The translations under genes were made by a program, and so were the position numbers. From Auanema rhodensis (taxonomy: Eukaryota > Animalia > Nematoda), in the NCBI GenBank assembly GCA_964057225.1, contig CAXKVF010000078.1, forward strand, positions 248,001 to 312,000: a DNA stretch of 64,000 bases, in the 5' to 3' direction. The notes below the pieces were generated by a model that saw only the letters and a list, made by a program, of their open reading frames with translations, was not told where the DNA came from and did no database searches. Shown piece after piece: positions 1 through 11,618 of this stretch (within the stretch, counting starts at the first letter, position 1; the number at the start of each line of letters is the position of its first letter).

Positions 1-60
1 CAAGTGCACATCACGTGTACATTTAATTAGCATAAATTAAAGTTCACGTAAATTTCAAAG

Positions 61-75
61 TCATGGTTACCATGA
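61..75. other. Dyad symmetry TCATGGT-T-ACCATGA (present in nearly every monomer)
   Basis: 7-bp perfect arms around one central T, containing a GGTNACC (BstEII) site. Arms are 6 bp in CAC-type monomers. Confidence 0.9.
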
Positions 76-153
76 ACCAATATCAATAAAAATTGGTTTT
101 TAGACTAATATGGACATGGGGAATCTAATTTTGAAAACCGCATCTCTTTATCT

Positions 154-163
154 TTCACGTGAA
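154..163. other. Perfect 10-bp palindrome TTCACGTGAA containing a CACGTG E-box (most monomers)
   Basis: Directly visible. A second CACGTG lies at monomer positions 12-17. Function is not shown. Confidence 0.85.
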
Positions 164-3100
164 GCGAGTTACATACCAAGTGCACATCACGTGTACATTT
201 AATTAGCATAAATTAAAGTTCACGTAAATTTCAAAGTCATGGTTACCATGCACCAATATCAATAAAAATTTGTTTTTAGACTAATATGGACATGGGGAAT
301 CTAATTTTGAAAACCGCATCTCTTTATCTTTCACGTGAAGCGAGTTACATACCAAGTGCACATCACGTGTACATTTAATTAGCATAAATTAAAGTTCACG
401 TAAATTTCAAAGTCATGGTTACCATGAAGCAATATCAATAAAAATTTGTTTTTAGACTAATATGGACATGGGGAATCTAATTTTGAAAACCGCATCTCTT
501 TATCTTTCACGTGAAGCGAGTTACATACCAAGTGCACATCACGTGTACATTTAATTAGCATAAATTAAAGTTCACGTAAATTTCAAAGTCATGGTTACCA
601 TGAACCAATATCAATAAAAATTGGTTTTTAGACTAATATGGACATGGGGAATCTAATTTTGAAAACCGCATCTCTTTATCTTTCACGTGAAGCGAGTTAC
701 ATACCAAGTGCACATCACGTGTACATTTAATTAGCATAAATTAAAGTTCACGTAAATTTCAAAGTCATGGTTACCATGCACCAATATCAATAAAAATTTG
801 TTTTTAGACTAATATGGACATGGGGAATCTAATTTTGAAAACCGCATCTCTTTATCTTTCACGTGAAGCGAGTTACATACCAAGTGCACATCACGTGTAC
901 ATTTAATTAGCATAAATTAAAGTTCACGTAAATTTCAAAGTCATGGTTACCATGAAGCAATATCAATAAAAATTTGTTTTTAGACTAATATGGACATGGG
1001 GAATCTAATTTTGAAAACCGCATCTCTTTATCTTTCACGTGAAGCGAGTTACATACCAAGTGCACATCACGTGTACATTTAATTAGCATAAATTAAAGTT
1101 CACGTAAATTTCAAAGTCATGGTTACCATGAAGCAATATCAATAAAAATTTGTTTTTAGACTAATATGGACATGGGGAATCTAATTTTGAAAACCGCATC
1201 TCTTTATCTTTCACGTGAAGCGAGTTACATACCAAGTGCACATCACGTGTACATTTAATTAGCATAAATTAAAGTTCACGTAAATTTCAAAGTCATGGTT
1301 ACCATGAACCAATATCAATAAAAATTGGTTTTTAGACTAATATGGACATGGGGAATCTAATTTTGAAAACCGCATCTCTTTATCTTTCACGTGAAGCGAG
1401 TTACATACCAAGTGCACATCACGTGTACATTTAATTAGCATAAATTAAAGTTCACGTAAATTTCAAAGTCATGGTTACCATGCACCAATATCAATAAAAA
1501 TTTGTTTTTAGACTAATATGGACATGGGGAATCTAATTTTGAAAACCGCATCTCTTTATCTTTCACGTGAAGCGAGTTACATACCAAGTGCACATCACGT
1601 GTACATTTAATTAGCATAAATTAAAGTTCACGTAAATTTCAAAGTCATGGTTACCATGAAGCAATATCAATAAAAATTTGTTTTTAGACTAATATGGACA
1701 TGGGGAATCTAATTTTGAAAACCGCATCTCTTTATCTTTCACGTGAAGCGAGTTACATACCAAGTGCACATCACGTGTACATTTAATTAGCATAAATTAA
1801 AGTTCACGTAAATTTCAAAGTCATGGTTACCATGAACCAATATCAATAAAAATTGGTTTTTAGACTAATATGGACATGGGGAATCTAATTTTGAAAACCG
1901 CATCTCTTTATCTTTCACGTGAAGCGAGTTACATACCAAGTGCACATCACGTGTACATTTAATTAGCATAAATTAAAGTTCACGTAAATTTCAAAGTCAT
2001 GGTTACCATGCACCAATATCAATAAAAATTTGTTTTTAGACTAATATGGACATGGGGAATCTAATTTTGAAAACCGCATCTCTTTATCTTTCACGTGAAG
2101 CGAGTTACATACCAAGTGCACATCACGTGTACATTTAATTAGCATAAATTAAAGTTCACGTAAATTTCAAAGTCATGGTTACCATGAAGCAATATCAATA
2201 AAAATTTGTTTTTAGACTAATATGGACATGGGGAATCTAATTTTGAAAACCGCATCTCTTTATCTTTCACGTGAAGCGAGTTACATACCAAGTGCACATC
2301 ACGTGTACATTTAATTAGCATAAATTAAAGTTCACGTAAATTTCAAAGTCATGGTTACCATGAAGCAATATCAATAAAAATTTGTTTTTAGACTAATATG
2401 GACATGGGGAATCTAATTTTGAAAACCGCATCTCTTTATCTTTCACGTGAAGCGAGTTACATACCAAGTGCACATCACGTGTACATTTAATTAGCATAAA
2501 TTAAAGTTCACGTAAATTTCAAAGTCATGGTTACCATGAACCAATATCAATAAAAATTGGTTTTTAGACTAATATGGACATGGGGAATCTAATTTTGAAA
2601 ACCGCATCTCTTTATCTTTCACGTGAAGCGAGTTACATACCAAGTGCACATCACGTGTACATTTAATTAGCATAAATTAAAGTTCACGTAAATTTCAAAG
2701 TCATGGTTACCATGCACCAATATCAATAAAAATTTGTTTTTAGACTAATATGGACATGGGGAATCTAATTTTGAAAACCGCATCTCTTTATCTTTCACGT
2801 GAAGCGAGTTACATACCAAGTGCACATCACGTGTACATTTAATTAGCATAAATTAAAGTTCACGTAAATTTCAAAGTCATGGTTACCATGAAGCAATATC
2901 AATAAAAATTTGTTTTTAGACTAATATGGACATGGGGAATCTAATTTTGAAAACCGCATCTCTTTATCTTTCACGTGAAGCGAGTTACATACCAAGTGCA
3001 CATCACGTGTACATTTAATTAGCATAAATTAAAGTTCACGTAAATTTCAAAGTCATGGTTACCATGAACCAATATCAATAAAAATTGGTTTTTAGACTAA

Positions 3101-5810
3101 TATGGACATGGGGAATCTAATTTTGAAAACCGCATCTCTTTATCTTTCACGTGAAGCGAGTTACATACCAAGTGCACATCACGTGTACATTTAATTAGCA
3201 TAAATTAAAGTTCACGTAAATTTCAAAGTCATGGTTACCATGCACCAATATCAATAAAAATTTGTTTTTAGACTAATATGGACATGGGGAATCTAATTTT
3301 GAAAACCGCATCTCTTTATCTTTCACGTGAAGCGAGTTACATACCAAGTGCACATCACGTGTACATTTAATTAGCATAAATTAAAGTTCACGTAAATTTC
3401 AAAGTCATGGTTACCATGAAGCAATATCAATAAAAATTTGTTTTTAGACTAATATGGACATGGGGAATCTAATTTTGAAAACCGCATCTCTTTATCTTTC
3501 ACGTGAAGCGAGTTACATACCAAGTGCACATCACGTGTACATTTAATTAGCATAAATTAAAGTTCACGTAAATTTCAAAGTCATGGTTACCATGAAGCAA
3601 TATCAATAAAAATTTGTTTTTAGACTAATATGGACATGGGGAATCTAATTTTGAAAACCGCATCTCTTTATCTTTCACGTGAAGCGAGTTACATACCAAG
3701 TGCACATCACGTGTACATTTAATTAGCATAAATTAAAGTTCACGTAAATTTCAAAGTCATGGTGTTACCATGAACCAATATCAATAAAAATTTGTTTTTA
3801 AACTAATATGGACATGGGTAATCTAATTTTGAAAACCGCATCTCTTTATCTTTCACGTGAAGCGAGTTACATACCAAGTGCACATCACGTGTACATTTAA
3901 TTAGCATAAATTAAAGTTCACGTAAATTTCAAAGTCATGGTTACCATGAAGCAATATCAATAAAAATTTGTTTTTAGACTAATATGGACATGGGGAATCT
4001 AATTTTGAAAACCGCATCTCTTTATCTTTCACGTGAAGCGAGTTACATACCAAGTGCACATCACGTGTACATTTAATTAGCATAAATTAAAGTTCACGTA
4101 AATTTCAAAGTCATGGTTACCATGCACCAATATCAATAAAAATTTGTTTTTAGACTAATATGGACATGGGGAATCTAATTTTGAAAACCGCATCTCTTTA
4201 TCTTTCACGTGAAGCGAGTTACATACCAAGTGCACATCACGTGTACATTTAATTAGCATAAATTAAAGTTCACGTAAATTTCAAAGTCATGGTTACCATG
4301 CACCAATATCAATAAAAATTTGTTTTTAGACTAATATGGACATGGGGAATCTAATTTTGAAAACCGCATCTCTTTATCTTTCACGTGAAGAGAGTTACAT
4401 ACCAAGTGCACATCACGTGTACATTTAATTAGCATAAATTAAAGTTCACGTAAATTTCAAAGTCATGGTTACCATGAACCAATATCAATAAAAATTTGTT
4501 TTTAGACTAATATGGACATGGGGAATCTAATTTTGAAAACTGCATCTCTTTATCTTTCACGTGAAGCGAGTTACATACCAAGTGCACATCACGTGTACAT
4601 TTAATTAGCATAAATTAAAGTTCACGTAAATTTCAAAGTCATGGTTACCATGCACCAATATCAATAAAAATTTGTTTTTAGACTAATATGGACATGGGGA
4701 ATCTAATTTTGAAAACCGCATCTCTTTATCTTTCACGTGAAGCGAGTTACATACCAAGTGCACATCACGTGTACATTTAATTAGCATAAATTAAAGTTCA
4801 CGTAAATTTCAAAGTCATGGTTACCATGAACCAATATCAATAAAAATTTGTTTTTAGACTAATATGGACATGGGTAATCTAATTTTGAAAACCGCATCTC
4901 TTTATCTTTCACGTGAAGCGAGTTACATACCAAGTGCACATCACGTGTACATTTAATTAGCATAAATTAAAGTTCACGTAAATTTCAAAGTCATGGTTAC
5001 CATGAACCAATATCAATAAAAATTTGTTTTTAGACTAATATGGACATGGGTAATCTAATTTTGAAAACCGCATCTCTTTATCTTTCACGTGAAGCGAGTT
5101 ACATACCAAGTGCACATCACGTGTACATTTAATTAGCATAAATTAAAGTTCACGTAAATTTCAAAGTCATGGTTACCATGCACCAATATCAATAAAAATT
5201 TGTTTTTAGACTAATATGGACATGGGGAATCTAATTTTGAAAACCGCATCTCTTTATCTTTCACGTGAAGCGAGTTACATACCAAGTGCACATCACGTGT
5301 ACATTTAATTAGCATAAATTAAAGTTCACGTAAATTACAAAGTCATGGTTACCATGCACCAATATCAATAAAAATTTGTTTTTAGACTAATATGGACATG
5401 GGGAATCTAATTTTGAAAACCGCATCTCTTTATCTTTCACGTGAAGAGAGTTACATACCAAGTGCACATCACGTGTACATTTAATTAGCATAAATTAAAG
5501 TACACGTAAATTTCAAAGTCATGGTTACCATGAACCAATATCAATAAAAATTTGTTTTTAGACTAATATGGACATGGGTAATCTAATTTTGAAAACCGCA
5601 TCTCTTTATCTTTCACGTGAAGCGAGTTACATACCAAGTGCACATCACGTGTACATTTAATTAGCATAAATTAAAGTTCACGTAAATTTCAAAGTCATGG
5701 TTACCATGCACCAATATCAATAAAAATTTGTTTTTAGACTAATATGGACATGGGGAATCTAATTTTGAAAACCGCATCTCTTTATCTTTCACGTGAAGAG
5801 AGTTACATAC

Positions 5811-8274
5811 CAAGTGCACATCACGTGTACATTTAATTAGCATAAATTAAAGTTCACGTAAATTTCAAAGTCATGGTTACCATGAAGCAATTTCAATAAA
5901 AATTTGTTTTTAGACTAATATGGACATGGGGAATCTAATTTTGAAAACCGCATCTCTTTATCTTTCACGTGAAGCGAGTTACATACCAAGTGCACATCAC
6001 GTGTACATTTAATTAGCATAAGTTAAAGTTCACGTAAATTTCAAAGTCATGGTTACCATGAACCATTATCAATAAAAATTTGTTTTTAGACTAATATGGA
6101 CATGGGGAATCTAATTTTGAAAACCGCATCTTTTTATCTTTCACGTGAAGCGAGTTACATACCAAGTGCACATCACGTGTACATTTAATTAGCATAAATT
6201 AAAGTTCACGTAAATTTCAAAGTCATGGTTACCATGAAGCAATTTCAATAAAAATTTGTTTTTAGACTAATATGGACAAGGGGAATCTAATTTTGAAAAC
6301 CGCATCTCTTTATCTTTCACGTGAAGCGAGTTACATACCAAGTGCACATCACGTGTACATTTAATTAGCATAAATTAAAGTTCACGTAAATTTCAAAGTC
6401 ATGGTTACCATGAACCAATATCAATAAAAATTTGTTTTTAGACTAATATGGACAAGGGGAATCTAATTTTGAAAACCGCATCTCTTTATCTTTCACGTGA
6501 AGCGAGTTACATACCAAGTGCACATCACGTGTACGTTTAATTAGCATAAATTAAAGTTCACGTAAATTTCAAAGTCATGGTTACCATGAACCAATATCAA
6601 TAAAAATTTGTTTTTAGACTAATATGGACATGGGGAATCTAATTTTGAAAACCGCATCTCTTTATCTTTCACGTGAAGCGAGTTACATACCAAGTGCACA
6701 TCACGTGTACATTTAATTAGCATAAATTAAAGTTCACGTAAATTTCAAAGTCATGGTTACCATGAAGCAATTTCAATAAAAATTTGTTTTTAGACTAATA
6801 TGGACAAGGGGAATCTAATTTTGAAAACCGCATCTCTTTATCTTTCACGTGAAGCGAGTTACATACCAAGTGCACATCACGTGTACATTTAATTAGCATA
6901 AATTAAAGTTCACGTAAATTTCAAAGTCATGGTTACCATGAAGCAATTTCAATAAAAATTTGTTTTTAGACTAATATGGACAAGGGGAATCTAATTTTGA
7001 AAACCGCATCTCTTTATCTTTCACGTGAAGCGAGTTACATACCAAGTGCACATCACGTGTACATTTAATTAGCATAAGTTAAAGTTCACGTAAATTTCAA
7101 AGTCATGGTTACCATGAACCATTATCAATAAAAATTTGTTTTTAGACTAATATGGACATGGGGAATCTAATTTTGAAAACCGCATCTTTTTATCTTTCAC
7201 GTGAAGCGAGTTACATACCAAGTGCACATCACGTGTACATTTAATTAGCATAAATTAAAGTTCACGTAAATTTCAAAGTCATGGTTACCATGAAGCAATT
7301 TCAATAAAAATTTGTTTTTAGACTAATATGGACAAGGGGAATCTAATTTTGAAAACCGCATCTCTTTATCTTTCACGTGAAGCGAGTTACATACCAAGTG
7401 CACATCACGTGTACATTTAATTAGCATAAATTAAAGTTCACGTAAATTTCAAAGTCATGGTTACCATGAACCAATATCAATAAAAATTTGTTTTTAGACT
7501 AATATGGACAAGGGGAATCTAATTTTGAAAACCGCATCTCTTTATCTTTCACGTGAAGCGAGTTACATACCAAGTGCACATCACGTGTACGTTTAATTAG
7601 CATAAATTAAAGTTCACGTAAATTTCAAAGTCATGGTTACCATGAACCAATATCAATAAAAATTTGTTTTTAGACTAATATGGACATGGGGAATCTAATT
7701 TTGAAAACCGCATCTCTTTATCTTTCACGTGAAGCGAGTTACATACCAAGTGCACATCACGTGTACATTTAATTAGCATAAATTAAAGTTCACGTAAATT
7801 TCAAAGTCATGGTTACCATGAAGCAATTTCAATAAAAATTTGTTTTTAGACTAATATGGACAAGGGGAATCTAATTTTGAAAACCGCATCTCTTTATCTT
7901 TCACGTGAAGCGAGTTACATACCAAGTGCACATCACGTGTACATTTAATTAGCATAAATTAAAGTTCACGTAAATTTCAAAGTCATGGTTACCATGAACC
8001 AATATCAATAAAAATTTGTTTTTAGACTAATATGGACAAGGGGAATCTAATTTTGAAAACCGCATCTCTTTATCTTTCACGTGAAGCGAGTTACATACCA
8101 AGTGCACATCACGTGTACGTTTAATTAGCATAAATTAAAGTTCACGTAAATTTCAAAGTCATGGTTACCATGAACCAATATCAATAAAAATTTGTTTTTA
8201 GACTAATATGGACATGGGGAATCTAATTTTGAAAACCGCATCTCTTTATCTTTCACGTGAAGCGAGTTACATAC
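5811..8274 (+). repeat. Local HOR domain: 6-mer duplication with nested 3-mer
   Basis: 5811-6866 is close to 6867-7922 (markers GCAATTTC, TAAGTT+CCATTATC+CTTTTTAT, ACAAGGGG, GTACGT). The trimer AAG/AAC/AAC(GTACGT) occurs at 6163, 7219 and 7747. Confidence 0.85.
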
Positions 8275-9154
8275 CAAGTGCACATCACGTGTACATTTAA
8301 TTAGCATAAATTAAAGTTCACGTAAATTTCAAAGTCATGGTTACCATGAACCAATATCAATAAAAATTTGTTTTTAGACTAATATGGACATGGGGAATCT
8401 AATTTTGAAAACCGCATCTCTTTATCTTTCACGTGAAGCGAGTTACATACCAAGTGCACATCACGTGTACATTTAATTAGCATAAATTAAAGTTCACGTA
8501 AATTTCAAAGTCATGGTTACCATGAACCAATATCAATAAAAATTTGTTTTTAGATTAATATGGACATGGGGAATCTAATTTTGAAAACCGCATCTCTTTA
8601 TCTTTCACGTGAAGCGAGTTACATACCAAGTGCACATCACGTGTACATTTAATTAGCATAAATTAAAGTTCACGTAAATTTCAAAGTCATGGTTACCATG
8701 AACCAATATCAATAAAAATTTGTTTTTAGATTAATATGGACATGGGGAATCTAATTTTGAAAACCGCATCTCTTTATCTTTTACGTGAAGCGAGTTACAT
8801 ACCAAGTGCACATCACGTGTACATTTAATTAGCATAAATTAAAGTTCACGTAAATTTCAAAGTCATGGTTACCATGAACCAATATCAATAAAAATTTGTT
8901 TTTAGACTAATATGGACATGGGGAATCTAATTTTGAAAACCGCATCTCTTTATCTTTCACGTGAAGCGAGTTACATACCAAGTGCACATCACGTGTACAT
9001 TTAATTAGCATAAATTAAAGTTCACGTAAATTTCAAAGTCATGGTTACCATGAACCAATATCAATAAAAATTTGTTTTTAGACTAATATGGACATGGGGA
9101 ATCTAATTTTGGAAACCGCATCTCTTTATCTTTCACGTGAAGCGAGTTACATAC

Positions 9155-11618
9155 CAAGTGCACATCACGTGTACATTTAATTAGCATAAATTAAAGTTCA
9201 CGTAAATTTCAAAGTCATGGTTACCATGAACCAATATCAATAAAAATTTGTTTTTAGATTAATATGGACATGGGGAATCTAATTTTGAAAACCGCATCTC
9301 TTTATCTTTCACGTGAAGCGAGTTACATACCAAGTGCACATCACGTGTACATTTAATTAGCATAAATTAAAGTTCACGTAAATTTCAAAGTCATGGTTAC
9401 CATGAAGCAATATCAATAAAAATTTGTTTTTAGACTAATATGGACATGGGGAATCTAATTTTGAAAACCGCATCTCTTTATCTTTCACGTGAAGCGAGTT
9501 ACATACCAAGTGCACATCACGTGTACATTTAATTAGCATAAATTAAAGTTCACGTAAATTTCAAAGTCATGGTTACCATGAACCAATATCAATAAAAATT
9601 TGTTTTTAGACTAATATGGACATGGGGAATCTAATTTTGAAAACCGCATCTCTTTATCATTCACGTGAAGCGAGTTACATACCAAGTGCACATCACGTGT
9701 ACATTTAATTAGCATAAATTAAAGTTCACGTAAATTTCAAAGTCATGGTTACCATGCACCAATATCAATAAAAATTTGTTTTTAGACTAATATGGACATG
9801 GGGAATCTAATTTTGAAAACCGCATCTCTTTATCTTTCACGTGAAGCGAGTTACATACCAAGTGCACATCACGTGTACATTTAATTAGCATAAATTAAAG
9901 TTCACGTAAATTTCAAAGTCATGGTTACCATGCACCAATATCAATAAAAATTTGTTTTTAGACTAATATGGACATGGGGAATCTAATTTTGAAAACCGCA
10001 TCTCTTTATCTTTCACGTGAAGCGAGTTACATACCAAGTGCACATCACGTGTACATTTAATTAGCATAAATTAAAGTTCACGTAAATTTCAAAGTCATGG
10101 TTACCATGAACCAATATCAATAAAAATTTGTTTTTAGACTAATATGGACATGGGGAATCTAATTTTGAAAACCGCATCTCTTTATCTTTCACGTGAAGCG
10201 AGTTACATACCAAGTGCACATCACGTGTACATTTAATTAGCATAAGTTAAAGTTCACGTAAATTTCAAAGTCATGGTTACCATGAACCAATATCAATAAA
10301 AATTTGTTTTTAGACTAATATGGACATGGGGAATCTAATTTTGAGAACCGCATCTCTTTATCTTTCACGTGAAGCGAGTTACATACCAAGTGCACATCAC
10401 GTGTACATTTAATTAGCATAAATTAAAGTTCACGTAAATTTCAAAGTCATGGTTACCATGAACCAATATCAATAAAAATTTGTTTTTAGATTAATATGGA
10501 CATGGGGAATCTAATTTTGAAAACCGCATCTCTTTATCTTTCACGTGAAGCGAGTTACATACCAAGTGCACATCACGTGTACATTTAATTAGCATAAATT
10601 AAAGTTCACGTAAATTTCAAAGTCATGGTTACCATGAAGCAATATCAATAAAAATTTGTTTTTAGACTAATATGGACATGGGGAATCTAATTTTGAAAAC
10701 CGCATCTCTTTATCTTTCACGTGAAGCGAGTTACATACCAAGTGCACATCACGTGTACATTTAATTAGCATAAATTAAAGTTCACGTAAATTTCAAAGTC
10801 ATGGTTACCATGAACCAATATCAATAAAAATTTGTTTTTAGACTAATATGGACATGGGGAATCTAATTTTGAAAACCGCATCTCTTTATCATTCACGTGA
10901 AGCGAGTTACATACCAAGTGCACATCACGTGTACATTTAATTAGCATAAATTAAAGTTCACGTAAATTTCAAAGTCATGGTTACCATGCACCAATATCAA
11001 TAAAAATTTGTTTTTAGACTAATATGGACATGGGGAATCTAATTTTGAAAACCGCATCTCTTTATCTTTCACGTGAAGCGAGTTACATACCAAGTGCACA
11101 TCACGTGTACATTTAATTAGCATAAATTAAAGTTCACGTAAATTTCAAAGTCATGGTTACCATGCACCAATATCAATAAAAATTTGTTTTTAGACTAATA
11201 TGGACATGGGGAATCTAATTTTGAAAACCGCATCTCTTTATCTTTCACGTGAAGCGAGTTACATACCAAGTGCACATCACGTGTACATTTAATTAGCATA
11301 AATTAAAGTTCACGTAAATTTCAAAGTCATGGTTACCATGAACCAATATCAATAAAAATTTGTTTTTAGACTAATATGGACATGGGGAATCTAATTTTGA
11401 AAACCGCATCTCTTTATCTTTCACGTGAAGCGAGTTACATACCAAGTGCACATCACGTGTACATTTAATTAGCATAAGTTAAAGTTCACGTAAATTTCAA
11501 AGTCATGGTTACCATGAACCAATATCAATAAAAATTTGTTTTTAGACTAATATGGACATGGGGAATCTAATTTTGAAAACCGCATCTCTTTATCTTTCAC
11601 GTGAAGCGAGTTACATAC
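9155..11618 (+). repeat. 7-monomer tandem duplication (1232 bp x2)
   Basis: The order TAGATT-AAC, AAG, AAC+TATCATT, CAC, CAC, AAC, TAAGTT-AAC occurs at 9155-10386 and 10387-11618. One private change (TTGAGAA, near 10345) is in copy 1. Confidence 0.88.

Larger units (their letters stand above)
1..176 (+). repeat. Representative 176-bp monomer (AAC type with T95G variant); the phase is arbitrary
   Basis: First full unit; the next unit starts at 177. Confidence 0.97.
1..3696 (+). repeat. 7-monomer HOR (1232 bp) x3, internally a 3-mer plus a 4-mer
   Basis: Monomer types at positions 75-77 read AAC(+T95G), CAC, AAG, AAC(+T95G), CAC, AAG, AAG. This repeats at 1-1232, 1233-2464 and 2465-3696 with no differences I could see. 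Confidence 0.92.

Noticed and set aside
66-79. RFX X-box-like GTTACCATG
   Set aside because: Only a half-site. The second half (GYAAC) is not present in any of the three alleles.
85-101. AATAAA followed by a T-rich tract (polyadenylation signal or terminator-like hairpin)
   Set aside because: Expected by chance in 68% AT DNA. The stem is A/T only and there is no associated transcription unit.
10-120. Budding-yeast point-centromere layout (CDEI ATCACGTG, 77-bp spacer, TGTTTTT start of CDEIII)
   Set aside because: The spacer is only about 77% AT against over 90% for CDEII. The essential CCGAA core of CDEIII is absent at the expected place. Point centromeres are not tandemly arrayed.
1-176. 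Identity with known ~176-bp satellites (Brassica CentBr, honeybee AluI) or primate alpha satellite
   Set aside because: The consensus has no AAGCTT or AGCT site and I do not recognise sequence similarity. A length match alone is insufficient; BLAST or a Repbase/Dfam search is needed.
1-176. 5S rRNA, tRNA or snRNA tandem gene unit
   Set aside because: No recognisable 5S, tRNA cloverleaf, Pol III A/B box or snRNA sequence, and the GC content is low.
110-202. 30-codon + strand ORF (MDMGNLILKTASLYLSREASYIPSAHHVYI) repeated in most monomers
   Set aside because: Short, with no recognisable domain or expression signals. Such lengths occur by chance. The 176-bp period is not a multiple of 3 and stops prevent any long ORF.
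105-209. 34-codon - strand ORF (MLIKCTRDVHLVCNSLHVKDKEMRFSKLDSPCPY)
   Set aside because: Same reasons. There is no evidence of coding constraint.
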